From Camelus dromedarius (taxonomy: Eukaryota), in contig NC_087437.1 of NCBI RefSeq assembly GCF_036321535.1, positions 6,696,001 to 6,760,000 on the forward strand: 64,000 nt of DNA, written 5' to 3'. Of this stretch, positions 1-11,075 are shown in pieces (within the stretch, counting starts at the first letter, position 1; every line of letters starts with the position of its first letter). Below the pieces are notes generated by a model, which was not told the DNA's origin, ran no database searches, and saw only the letters and a program-made list of their open reading frames with translations. Made by a program: the position numbers and the translations under genes.

Positions 1-135
1 TTTGTTTGTTTGTTTTAGGGGAGGGTAGGTAATTAGGTTTATTTAATTTTATTTTTTAATGGAGGTACTGGGGATTGAACCCAGGACCTCATGCATGCTA
101 AGCATATGCTCTACCACTGAGCTCTACCCTCCTCT
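1..135 (-). mobile_element. tRNA-Ala(AGC)-derived SINE (camelid Vic-1 type), tail cut by window edge
   Basis: Reverse complement of 60-132 reads like tRNA-Ala-AGC (..GTAGAGCTCAGTGGTAGAGCATATGCTTAGCATGCATGAGGTCCTGGGTTCAATCCCCAGTACCTCCA), followed by an AT-rich spacer, AACCTAATTACC, a C-rich stretch and an (AAAC)n tail. Confidence 0.9.
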
Positions 136-217
136 TTTGCCTGGTCTTTCTAATGTCTGTACACTGTACGGTGGGAGCAGAGTTTATCTAGAGTGATGGG
201 CATTTGTTTCCACTTTT

Positions 218-339
218 AGAGGGGGAGGAAATTAGGTTTTTTGTTTATTTAAGTATTTTAATGGAGATACTGGGGATTGAACCCAGGACCTTGTGCATGC
301 TGAGCACCTGCTCTGCCGCTGAGCTCTCCTCTCCTCCTC
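218..339 (-). mobile_element. Vic-1-type tRNA-derived SINE with 13-bp TSD
   Basis: Same tRNA-Ala head; exact direct repeat TGTTTCCACTTTT at 205-217 and 340-352. Confidence 0.92.
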
Positions 340-559
340 TGTTTCCACTTTTGATATTGCAAAAATGCTACAATATTTTAGACATACATCTCTGAGCAAC
401 TGCTAAGTTCTTAGAAGTGGGACTGCTGAGGCAAAGGGGTTCATGTGCCTTTTACCTCTTGAAATTTTGAAATTGCCAAATTGACCTGTGTTTTCTTGCT
501 GTTCGTGTAAGTTCTTGGCTCAGAGTGGCCGTCAGGACTTCATGGCACTAGGTGGACTC

Positions 560-1340
560 TACTGCATCTAAGAAGAGGGAGGTTTCGGCGGCAGGTGAGG
601 GGAAATGTGAGCTTGGCGCGCCAGACAGGAGAGATGGGGACGGCGCTGGGAGGGAAGAAGGGAGGAAGTGACTGAAGCCAGGAGACGACTGGAGGTGTGC
701 CAAAAGCAACACCCTTTCATCATCGCGGGGAAGCGAATTCTAGGAGGCATCCTGGGCACCGCTGTGATAAAAACCACAGAGGAGAAGGCGGCGATCTGCC
801 TCGGGTGAAGCCGGTTCCAGGCAGTGCGGGGACTAATTAGGAGAGTAAAGAGACAAAGGCTCCCTCTCACATATGGAGTCGACCTTTAATTACTTTAAAT
901 AGGTTAAAGATTCATTACAGATGATGATTTTTCTCCCTGGACATCCTCTGATGGCAGTAGATGCTTTCTCCTTCCCCTCCAAGGCGGACACCGTCAGAGC
1001 AGCCACAGTGGCTCGTAGACTGCGTGTCCCGAACCTCAGGGGACGTCCTTCCTGCCAGCGTGGCACCGCCAAGGCGGCCCTTTTCCGTACCTTTGGTTCT
1101 TCTTGCGGTTCGGGGTGCACGGCCGGACGCACGCGGCTGGGCGCTGGGCTTCGGAGACCTCGCCCTCAGTGCTTTGGTCATTTCTGCTGGGCAGAGGGGC
1201 AGATTTCTCTTCTCAAGCGAGGGCGGAGAAATAAGAACATGTTTTGGTGAATGCGAATTTCGTACCGCCAGAGCCGTCCTTTTGTTGGGTCTCCGTGGTT
1301 TTATCTACCTAGAGGAAAGCGTAGATGTGTGGTAGCATTA
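560..1340. promoter_or_regulatory. CpG-island-like segment (possible promoter or enhancer)
   Basis: About 28 CpGs by manual count in 961-1321 against a CpG-depleted background; GGGCGG box near 1221; ETS-like GGAAGTG near 664. Confidence 0.5.
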
Positions 1341-1497
1341 CATAGAAATTACATATTTTAATTGCTGAGGAAAGAGTAATGAGACTTAGGCTTCAATGAT
1401 TCAGATCGAGTTGATCAAATGCCCTTTTTAGAAGGCAAGACAGCATTTCCTCTCACTGAGACACTGTCACAGTTCGCCACAATATGTCCTTGGATAT

Positions 1498-1678
1498 ATA
1501 TTTTTTAATTTCTCTTTATTTGATGCAACCATTATCATGTACTTTACTTCTCTTTTGAATTATTTTTTATCTTGGGAATGGGGATTAGGTTTACTTATTT
1601 TATTTATTTATCAGAGGAGGTTCTGGGGATTGAACCCAGGACCTCATGCATGTTAAGCATGCGCTCTACCCTCCCCCC
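1498..1678 (-). mobile_element. Vic-1-type SINE with head deletion and extra 3' sequence, 13-bp TSD
   Basis: TGTCCTTGGATAT at 1485-1497 and 1679-1691; tRNA-Ala body at about 1615-1678. Confidence 0.9.
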
Positions 1679-2175
1679 TGTCCTTGGATATTTATCATGG
1701 CAAATTTTTCCCTTGAGTGAGGCCCAGGAGTAGAATTGAGGAGGCAGGAATCGTGTGCTGGGGTAACCCTGGACTGTACTTGAAGCCAGCTCTCTGAGAT
1801 GGATATGTCACTACCTATTTGAACTTCCTGTCTGGAACAAGCGTATCTGTGTGTAGGATGGTGGTGTCCAGCTAGAAGCGCCTACCACAATTTTGTGTTC
1901 TCTGTCTTCCGAACGGAATGAAAATAATTCTCTCATATTTTGATGTCGTCTGGCTAGAATAGTCAGAATTATAACCCAGGATTTTCCATAACAGAAATAA
2001 TTCTTCACCATGGTTAGTCCTTCAAAATTTGTCCTATTGAAGGAGATGAAATGGCTCGGAGAGTTTGGATCCATCTAAGAGAGGGAATCAAAAAGTATTT
2101 GACTTTCTTAATTGTTGTTATTTAAATTAATGGTCAAAATTTTTATGCTGAGGAAAGTTTTTCAAAAAAATTTTA

Positions 2176-2349
2176 AAATTTTTATTTATTTATTTGGTAG
2201 AGACACAGTCGATTTACAGTGTGTTAATTTCTGGTGTACAGCATGGTGATTCAGTTATACATATATGTTCCTTTTCATATTCTTTTTCAGTAGAGGGTAT
2301 TATAAGGTATTGAATATAGTTCTTTGTGCTGTGCAGTAGGACCTTGTTT
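2176..2349 (-). mobile_element. L1 3' end, cetartiodactyl type
   Basis: GATTTACAGTGTGTTAATTTCTGGTGTACAGCATGGTGATTCAGTTATACA...TGTGCTGTGCAGTAGGACCTTGTT is the antisense of the L1 3' UTR also seen at 49256-49583; T-rich tail on the left. Confidence 0.85.
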
Positions 2350-2869
2350 CTCAGATAAACTCTTTAATGGACCCCAGTGCATATAAAACAATGAAGATTG
2401 GTGTCATGTCTGCTCCTTGCTCTCCCCCCTTTCCAAGTCTAGATGCCACAGAACCCAGAACCGGACAGAGCTGGAGGGGCTGCGTATTTCTACATCATCT
2501 ATTCCTGATGCAGCATCTCACACAGCACGGTCCCCAATAAATGCTTGTGAAATTACACAGAACCTGGTGCTTGTGAAACATGGATATAAGATGTTTTAGG
2601 TGGAAATGTTTCAAGTTCATATTTTTAAAAATTGGTCCAAATGAAAGCTACATCTTTCAAGTGTATGTTCCTTGGCAACACTGAAAAGGGTTAGTGATAT
2701 TTATTTTGGGAATGTCAAAGGTAAAATAATTATAAGGGTTGTGATCTGCATCTAGAGCTCCTAAGGTGATAGGGGTCAACGTAGGATGCCTGATAAAGGT
2801 GCTATCTTTCCATTCAAAGAGATGTGTGTGTGTGTGCGTGTATGTAGCATTCCTTGGTCAAGGCTTATG

Positions 2870-3050
2870 GTAGAGATGCGAACTGGCAGATTAAGGGAAA
2901 AATCTAGCTCAGAGACTCTGGCTCAGAGAATGTTTTAAAAATAATTTTGAATTTGCTGCCAAAGTTTTTTTAAATTGTAAAATTTCACATACAAATCTAG
3001 GTTTCTGGTTTCTCTTGAAAAAAAAAAATAGAGGATTTAGTAAATCAGGC
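2870..3050. mobile_element. hAT-Charlie family fragment (MER103-like)
   Basis: AATTTCACATACAAATCTAGGTTTCTGGTTTCTCTTGAAAAA resembles the recalled consensus. Confidence 0.4.
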
Positions 3051-3069
3051 AGCCTACCTTCATCTTAAG

Positions 3070-3212
3070 CAGTGGTTCTCAAAGTGTGATCCTCAGCCAG
3101 CAGCATCAGTACCGCCCGGAAACTTGTTAGAAACTCTGTGGCTGGGCTCAGCGATCTGTGTTCCAGCCAGCCCTCCCAGGATGCTGGTGCCTGCTTACCT
3201 TTGAGAATCCCT
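3070..3212. mobile_element. MER5A (hAT-Charlie MITE), internally deleted
   Basis: Starts CAGTGGTTCTCAAAGTGTG, contains CAGCAGCATCAG..CTTGTTAGAAA, ends TTTGAGAATCCCTG (terminal inverted repeat). Confidence 0.8.
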
Positions 3213-4069
3213 GTTGTTGACTATAACCAGGTAGAGCTTGGCGGTGTGAGTGCTTAACACCTAGGCTGCTCCACTCATTGATGCAATTATCTGGCCCTTA
3301 GGAGCAGTTGATGTTTTTCTCCCTCTTCATGTATGGATAAGATCACTTAATATGAACATATGAGATTTCCGTACCTCCGATTATGAATCCGAGGCCCCGA
3401 AGACCTGAGGTCAGGCAGAGACTTTAGGAATCCTAGCACCATCCCTTCAGCATATCAGATCTGACGTTTCCATCTTCTTTTAGCCAATACCCTTGTGGCA
3501 GTGTGAGAAAACTCAATTAGTACAAAGAGATAAGGGCGTATGGAAGTCTTGGGAGGCAGAGAGCCCTGGTCGGAGTCCCTAATGCATACAAGTAAAATGG
3601 TTAGATAAAGCTTTATTGAATTATATGGCAGGTGGGAACGAGTCACAAGGAATATTGGGATATTTAAGTGTGGGCTTTTAAATGAACTTTTCAGAATGTC
3701 TGTATGGTTTCTGCCAGTTTGTCAGACAGCCATCAATTACTCAGTCTCACCCTAAATATAAACACGCCGCCATTTTATTATCACCAGCCAGCATCTCCTG
3801 AAGCTGACTCTGTGTGGGTCAGCATTCTGACTAATTGCCAAGCCTGAGTCCCACACAGAGGTCCCCTCCCATCAGCCCCCTGTTTACTCACTCAGCTGCT
3901 ATTTTTTTTATTAGATGCAAATGGGTATGACTCAGATCAACCTAAGATTCTTTTATTATTATTTTTAAAAATATTTTTTAGCTCTTTCTGACCCTCGAGA
4001 TAATGTTTAGCTTCCTGAAATAATTAAATATTTATGAAACAGTATTAATGAGTGCTCAGCAAACACCAC

Positions 4070-4422
4070 GTCTCCTTGATTTCCCAGCCCGAGGCAGATA
4101 GGTGAGATTCTATGGCTAATTCTTGCCAATGGAATGTGAATAGAGGTGTCCTGTCACATCGGGTCTGAGGCAGCTAGGAGAAGGTGCATTTTCTCTGTGC
4201 TTCCACCCTTCCTACCTTGGCGATCTTCGAGAACATGTGTTTGAGATGATGGAACTGTGTGGAGTGGGAGCTGCTCGGGTCCTTGATTTGCCCTTTGAAA
4301 AGACCGCTGTGCAGAACTACCTGACCCGCTTCTGACTCGGGCGTGAGCGAGTATTAAGCGTTGTGTTACACTTGGTTCCAATGATTCTGCTATGGAAAGC
4401 CTGTCCTCCCCTGACCCACACA
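4070..4422 (+). mobile_element. MaLR LTR (MLT1I/J-like)
   Basis: ATGGCTAATTCTTGCCAATGGAATGTGAATAGAGGTG..TGTCACATC and an MLT1-like 3' end. Confidence 0.6.
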
Positions 4423-4859
4423 AACTGTCAGAACCGATAAGCTGGCTTGGTTGAGGAACATGCTAGGACTCCTGTGGGCGCAGATATGGAACGTGCAGCT
4501 GCTTGGAACTCACACGTGTGCACAGCTGGTCCTTGATGGGGGGGGTGGTCAACAGCCCATCTGACAGTGTCCGGAGAAAAAACCTTTCTGTAGACTGGAG
4601 TCAGCGTCCAAGAAGATCTCATCTAATGGGCAGAACACAGAAGCAGGATTTTATGGGCAGCAATAACACTTAAGATTGTAAGAGAGGAATCATTGTGGGA
4701 TTTGGAGCAGGACTGCAGCTGGTTGCTGAGAGGGTAGGACATGGGGCCCAGCCCTGGAGCCTGAAGGTGGGGTTGAGTGATCAGCACCCCAAGAAGGATG
4801 GAGGCTAATTACAGAGTTCATGACCCAGAGGAAAAAGTTGGGGAGAAGGCAGGAGCTAC

Positions 4860-5710
4860 TCTGTAAGTAGAGAAGATTCCAGTTTGAGGTTTGGGTGACC
4901 AGTTAGATGGAAGCACCGTTCCCTGAGGTCAGGGTAATTGGTGAGTGGTTCTGATTTGTCTCTACTGAGTTTTGGATATGGGGACATCCAAATGTCAGTA
5001 GTGGTGCCCACAAGTAGCTTGGAGTGGCTCATAGCCTCCTCCTAATTTCCATTAGCTTTCTATTTGGCTACCCCAACCACATATACAATTGCAGTCAAAA
5101 CAGTGTACACGCTGTGCAAAGGCAGTTTTTATACAACCAAGTCCTTCCCTTCCCACTAGAGTGCTGTTTCTAAACCTCTCCTATATAGAGATTCGGGGAC
5201 CTCCACTGTCAAGTAGAGATGTCCATTAGCAGTCGTGTGTGTGGGTCTGGAGGAAGACGGGGAAGGAAATAACAAGTTTGTACTCATTAACATAAAGATG
5301 GAAATGTAACTGGTGGAAGAGAAGGGAATTGCACCTTCCGAAACTGTATCCAGTAAGACGAGGACCTCCTCTAGAGACCTGAGCCACACACATTCCTGAG
5401 AGCCAGGTTGAAAAAGAAGATCTGTGAAGGTGATTAAAGGACAAGAGTTGAGAACGGTGTCCAGGAAAGTCAAAGTAGAGGAGGGTTTCACAGAAAAGGG
5501 AAATGTCAGCTGTTTGCAAAATGATGGGCAAAGTGTAGACAAAAAGGCTGCCTTTGGATTTCGTCATTAAGGGATCATTGTCAGCATTGGTGGGTAAGGA
5601 AGGCAGACTTTGGAATGAATAGGAGCTAGGAAAATGGAGGCAATGAGTGGAGACAATGTCTTCAAGCAGATTGGCTATCCAGGGAGGGCTGTCAATAACC
5701 GGAGGGGAAT
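4860..5710 (-). mobile_element. L2 LINE fragments
   Basis: Purine-rich antisense L2 motifs (GGGTGACCAGTTAGATGGAAGCACC, TTTGGATTT, GGAGGCAATGAGTGGAGACAA). Confidence 0.55.
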
Positions 5711-5879
5711 CTGGGTTTACTACTGTGCGCATAACAGCCACCATGGCCCCCGTAATGCACAGGTCAGATCAGGTCACTTCTGCCCTGGAGCCCTGCCAGG
5801 GCTCTCACTCCTCTCAGCATCAAAGCCAAAGTCCTGGGAAGAGCCTGATCTGTGAGTGGCCACTTGCCCCACCCCTGCA

Positions 5880-6080
5880 CACCTGCTTCCTTCTTATCCT
5901 GCTTAACGTTATCTTTCTCCACATTTATCATTTAATATATTGTGCTTGTTGTTCATCGTCTGTCTTCTCTTGCTAGAATAGAGTCTCTTCCGAGGCAGGG
6001 ATCCTGGACCACTTTATTCCATTGATGGATCCCATGTGCATCCACTGAAATATCACTGGGACCATTCAATGAAAGGTGTT
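5880..6080 (+). mobile_element. L2 3' end
   Basis: TCTGTCTTCTCTTGCTAGAATAGAGTCTCTTCCGAGGCAGGGA..TTTATTCCATTGATGGATCCC..CATTCAATGAAAGGTGTTGAA. Confidence 0.6.
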
Positions 6081-6263
6081 GAAGAAACCAAAACCAAGGT
6101 GATCTTTAAAAATAGTATTGTTGTGACATCTATCATATTTATGTGACAAGCTGTAGAGGGGACAATGGATGGAAGGACGTTGCCATGGGGATGGAATGCT
6201 GCAGCAGAAAAGAGTTGGGGATATCCGGGGTCAGGGGGATGGAGCTTCAGGGAGAGTGTCTTA

Positions 6264-6495
6264 GGTCAGCCTGGTCTTAGTTGATTAGGACACGTTACCA
6301 CTGAGGTCCAGGTTGTAGGATCAATTCCCAGTTGGGGCCACTTAATGTCGTCTCACTCTGACCCTGGGCTGCAGGGTCATCTCCTCAGGCATGGAGTGGG
6401 TCACGAGGGATGAACACATCAGGCTGGATCCTGGTGCACTGTTGGCCCTTTCCAGGAAAGGGGTGGCCAGCAGCCTCATTTCAGAAAACAAGGCG
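6264..6495 (+). mobile_element. Ancient tRNA-Ile-headed SINE (MamSINE1-like)
   Basis: 6264-6340 aligns by eye to tRNA-Ile(AAT) (TTAGTTGATTAG..AGGTTGTAGGATCAATTCCC..GGGCCA); downstream GGTCACGAGGG and GTGGCCAGCAGCCTCAT resemble the recalled body. Confidence 0.6.
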
Positions 6496-8464
6496 TATTC
6501 TAAGGTTCTCTATTCTCACATTTCTCACTTAGCAGGGCTCCTCCTAAGAACTGCCCTTAAGCTCAGAAGAGGTTGAGAGGAGGGCTTGCCAAGGGAGGGT
6601 GTTCTCTCCACAGTCTGCCTCTCGCAGGCTGACGTGGCAGCGGAGTGACAAGAGAGGAGAGCTCTTTGCCCCTGGACATCTGCAAAGCAGGGCATAGATC
6701 CTTCCATGTGTGCCCTCCCGCTGTGTCCCCTCTTGACACAGGCAGGCTTGGAACAACCCTTAGGCCCTGCAAAGATAACCTAATAACCGCTTGGCCAGAA
6801 CGCCCCATCCTTCCTAAGTCCCACAAAGAGATGCTGGAGCAACCGCTTTCCACCAAAACAGCAGTTAGCGCCACCCCCCACTCAGAATCATCAACAAGCT
6901 GCCTGCTAGGTTGGTTGATACGCCTTTTATTTAGCAGTTCTGTTAATTTGCTAAACACTGTTTTGGTCTGTGTGACTGTAGAATATAAAAATGCGGTAGG
7001 TGGTTTATAGGAGACAAGTTGCAAGAGTGTGCCCGGTGCTCTGAGCCACACACACAATACCTACCCTCGGAAGGGCTGGATCTTCCCTCGGGCTGCGGGG
7101 AGCAAGCTCAGCGAGGTCCCCCCCCTTCCTCTTTACGGCTCTCTTTGACCTGCTCCTCCCCTCCGTGCTGTGTGGTGGGCGTACAACTGTTGCAAGTAGG
7201 TGGCACAGCTGTTTGCGTTGACTGCCTCTGTACCTCGGGGATCCCAGCCACACAGTTAACATTGCAGGATGGAAATGGCATTTGTGCTTTAATAAACTCA
7301 CCCTATTTCTTTGTTAGAGGGGAAAAAAGGGGGAGGAATCCCACCCACCACGTTGCCAGCTACATGTCACCGCTCAGAGCACACCGCAGTGGCTAATGTT
7401 TTCCAAATTCTCCCTTGCATTGGAAATGGAAACCATTAGAAAAATACTGGGATGGTGTGAAGGTTTCCCAAACACCTGCCTCCCACCTCTCAGGCACATA
7501 TGCCTGTTTTTTGCAATGCGTGTAGCATTTTTTTTTTTTTTTGCCATTTGTGCATTTTCATTTACAAGTGCATGTATATTTTATAAGTGGATGTGTACAT
7601 ACTTCTTGGTGATTTACTTGTAAATTTCCTAAGTGGGGAAGCCACACAAAGGTCACCAAGCTGTGGACGGAATTAAATAGCATTTCCTAATAGGAAATCA
7701 TAAAGCAAGCATCAGAAACGTATAGGCAAGGGAAGAAAATGCATTTTCAACCTGAAAGTTATTGAGTGTTTATAATCAAGGCGCTGATCCTATAGAGGAG
7801 GGGGCCGGCCCTCCTCTTCCCTGTCAAATAAATCACTGCAGGCTCTCAAAGATATCGCTCCAAGGGGCTAAATCTTTCAGCCTTTGCTCCTTTTTGTCCT
7901 GCAGAAAACAACACAGCCCCACATCCTTGCTGACACACCTGCGTCTCCCTCCTCCTCGCGGGGTAGTTTCTAGTGAAGCACATTTCATGGGTTACCTCAG
8001 ATGGCACATTTTGCTGATTTGACTTGAAGTATGCATAACTCTGACGGAATTCTTTGCCTGACTCAGAGATCAGCTGCCTTTCAATCCCCTGTCTAGAGGA
8101 CCCCTGCAGATCAAAGAGAATAGCAACATCGACCACTGTTGTCGTTATATTATTTTTATTAACTAGCCTGCTATTATTTTAACATCGTGAAGCAGCAAAT
8201 AACTCAATCTGGGCTAATGAAATCCATGGTATGAAGGAAGTTTGGAATTGGCAGGACCCTTTGATCTTACATCTGTAGACAATGCAGAGTGATGATTGAA
8301 ATCTGAGAGGCTACAGTCATCTTAATTGTTGCCATGAACCATGTTTGCTTAATACTTTTGTCTTTAGATTTTAGGATGTTTTAAAACAATGACCGACACA
8401 TTTTGGAGTAGATGTTTCATGTATTTTTCTCAAAGCTTGTGTTTTGCTATATACTCAGGAAACA

Positions 8465-9310
8465 TTTCATTCATTCATTGCTTAAGTATTTTTATTGAAT
8501 ACCTAGGATGTCCTAGGTACTATTCTAGGTGCTGAGGATAGTAGAGCAGACAAAGATGATGCCATGCTGTCATGGAGCTGACGTTTCTGTGAGGGTGTCA
8601 AACAGTAAATGAGTAAAGCAATAAACAAGATAACTTCATGTTGCCCTGGGTTCTGATAAAAATAGAACAGAGTTATATGACGGTGACTGAAGGGTTGGTT
8701 ACTGTAGGTTGAGCGGTCAGGGAACCCTTCTCTGAGGAGGTAACATTAGGTTTGAGGACTGAATAACAAGAAGGCACAGTAGGTGAATAAAGATTTGAGA
8801 AAGGAATTTTCCAGGTACGTTACTATTATAAAGGCCCAAGGCAGGGCTGAGCTTGGCAGGTCTGAGAAGAGAGCCAGGTGGAGCTGGAGTGAGAAGCTGT
8901 GAGATGGCAGAGAAGCCATAGACTAGGGGGCTTACAAACAACAGAAATTGATTCCTCACAATTCTGGAGGCTGGGAAGTCCGCGATCATGGTGCCAATAG
9001 ATTTGGTATCTGGTAAGAACCTGCTTCCTGGTTCATAAACAGCTGTCTTCTCAGTGTAGCAGATGGGGTGAGAGAAACTGGGGTCCCTTTTATAAGGGCA
9101 TTAATCTCATTCAAGAGGTCTTCACCCTCATGATCTAATTACCCCCCCAACCCCACTTCCTAATACCCTCACATTGGGGATTTGATTTCAACATATGAAC
9201 TTGGGGAGCACACAGACATTCATTCTAGAGCAATCAGGGAAATAGTTTCAGATATATTTTAAGTGCAACAGGAAGCCATGGTTGGGGGGCAGTGGGTTCA
9301 ATGGGGGAAA
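8465..9310 (-). mobile_element. L2 3' region, interrupted by MLT1A
   Basis: CATTCATTCATT..TTTATTGAATACCTAGGATGTCCTAGGTACTATTCTAGGTGCTGAGGATA; resumes after 9232 with TTTTAAGTGCAACAGGAAGCCATGG. Confidence 0.8.
8916..9232 (-). mobile_element. MaLR LTR MLT1A/MLT1A0
   Basis: AAACAACAGAAATTGATTCCTCACAATTCTGGAGGCTGGGAAGTCC..TTTATAAGGGCATTAATCTCATTCA..TTTCAACATATGAACTTGGGG. Confidence 0.88.
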
Positions 9311-9573
9311 GAATGTTGCAGATCCTCTGCTTTGGGAGGAACTGGGAGGCTGTGACTCAGGAGGATCTGCTCTTGTGTGTCCACAGGGACTGTGTGCAGA
9401 CAGGAGTGCTTCCTTAAGGAAAATCCAAAATGTTATGAACAGAAGGATGGAGAATGGATGGCAGGCATCCAAAATCAACGTTACACTGCTAGAATATTTT
9501 CTGTAGAGAAATTTCGCAGGCTTTTGCACACGGGCAAAAAATGGTCATAAAAACCTCAGAACATCTGTATCGT

Positions 9574-9666
9574 TCTATCTATCTCTTATCTCTGTCTGTC
9601 TGTCTATCTATCTATCTATCCATCTATCCATCCATCCATCTACCCATCCATCTCTTTATCTGTCTG

Positions 9667-9706
<40 letters not shown>

Positions 9707-9712
9707 CCCATC
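9574..9712. repeat. Compound (TCTA)n/(TCCA)n/(TCTG)n microsatellite
   Basis: Directly visible. Confidence 0.95.
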
Positions 9713-9879
9713 CTTTCCACGTATAAAGGGCCAAAGAGGGGATGACCCCAGAGGGCATTTAGTCTCTAGAATTTTTGGAGGACGTGAAGAGAAGACAATA
9801 GCTTTTCCCCAGGAAGGATGTGTTTACACCTTACTTTTAGAGGCTTCATCAGGAATGATAACAACATTCTTCACCACTC

Positions 9880-10320
9880 AGGTTGGATTTCCTCCAAAGT
9901 GGATGTAGAGACAAAGATTTGGGTGTAGGTTGTTCATTGATAGGTGATCCCAGGAACCAATGACAGAGAGGAGACTCAGGGAAGTCAGGAGAGACCATAA
10001 ATGGTGTATTAATGAGGGGGTCGCCGTTGCAGACAACCGGGGACCCTCTGGGCAGGACATGCTTTGGAATTGTCACCAAGAGGAAGGTGGCTGGGATATT
10101 CATCTACCAACGTCCATTCCTCATTGTTTGAGGGCCTCTCCTGGGGCGTTAGCTCCCTGGTTTCTCCAGTCCACTTGACATTACACGGGCCAGAGAGCAC
10201 TTTTCATGCAGAAGGAAGCAGGAAGCTGTTGACACACATGGGTGCTGCCAGTGACATCGGGGGTGGGCTCCAGGATATGACAGGACACCTACGCGGAAAT
10301 ATAAGGAAACCCCGGGTGTG
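9880..10320 (-). mobile_element. ERVL LTR16-family LTR
   Basis: GAGACAAAGATTTGGGTGTAGGTTGTTCATT..GGTGATCCCAGGAA..GCTGGGATATTCATCTACCAAC. Confidence 0.6.
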
Positions 10321-10649
10321 AACGATGCTGGTGATATCCTGCCGTAAGTTCCCAGTTCATGCCCCCAGGGAAAATCCTACTCCTTTAAGGCACCCTCTCC
10401 ACAGACCCTGTGATGCTCCTTAATCTCAGGCGGCTTTTAAAACCTACTGCAGCAGTTTTCGTAGTAACTGTGTCCATAATTGCAGAGCCTCTGCATTTGA
10501 GGGTCCATTAACCTCGGGGTCCCTCTATGGTACCTGCCTTCCTACTCCTCTCTGATGTCTAAAGATGGTGGTCATTTCTTCAAGCTGGAACTTTGCACAT
10601 GGAGTTGGCTTTCGGGGACATCAGGGAATTCCTGAGAGTGAGAGAGGGC

Positions 10650-11075
10650 AGCGGATACACTAGTGCACTGCCAGATTGCCCCTCAGGGCACAGGCACTCC
10701 TTCCCCTACTGCTGGGGAATGGTTCTGCTGGGAGCTCGTCCAGGAATCGTCCTCACCGAAGAGGACGCCCTCTCATCAGGTTACACTCCCTCCCAGAGGC
10801 AGCCTACATCTAGTGACTGGTTGCTGCATGGGTACAAAGGCCAGGTCCCCTGGCCATAATTCAGGGGTGACCTAGAAGAGCCAGCTGAGTTCTGGGGCTG
10901 GCTGAGGGGGAGGCTGAAGCCTCTGCTGCAGTTGCATCAAAGTCTGACCCCGCCCCTCTTCGCAATTCTATGTCCTTCACTCCCCAACAGACGTTGACCC
11001 CAAAACACACCCCAATAAATCTCCTGCACTGAAATCTCTGTGTTAGAGCCTGTTTGCTGAGAAATCTGACTCAGG
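10650..11075 (+). mobile_element. ERVL LTR16A-like LTR
   Basis: GGCAGCCTACATCTAGTGACTGGTTG..CTGCAGTTGCATCA..CCCAATAAATCTCCTGCAC..AGAGCCTGTTT. Confidence 0.7.

Noticed and set aside
60..132. tRNA-Ala(AGC) genes (also at ~262-335, 63671 and 63844)
   Set aside because: Diverged stems, SINE-type tails and, where visible, TSDs show these are SINE heads, not tRNA genes
5156..5744. 128-aa and 172-aa minus-strand ORFs
   Set aside because: Lie in degenerate L2 sequence; no recognisable intact protein
6563..7396. Overlapping 120-164-aa ORFs
   Set aside because: No recognisable domain, overlapping on both strands, consistent with chance in GC-richer DNA
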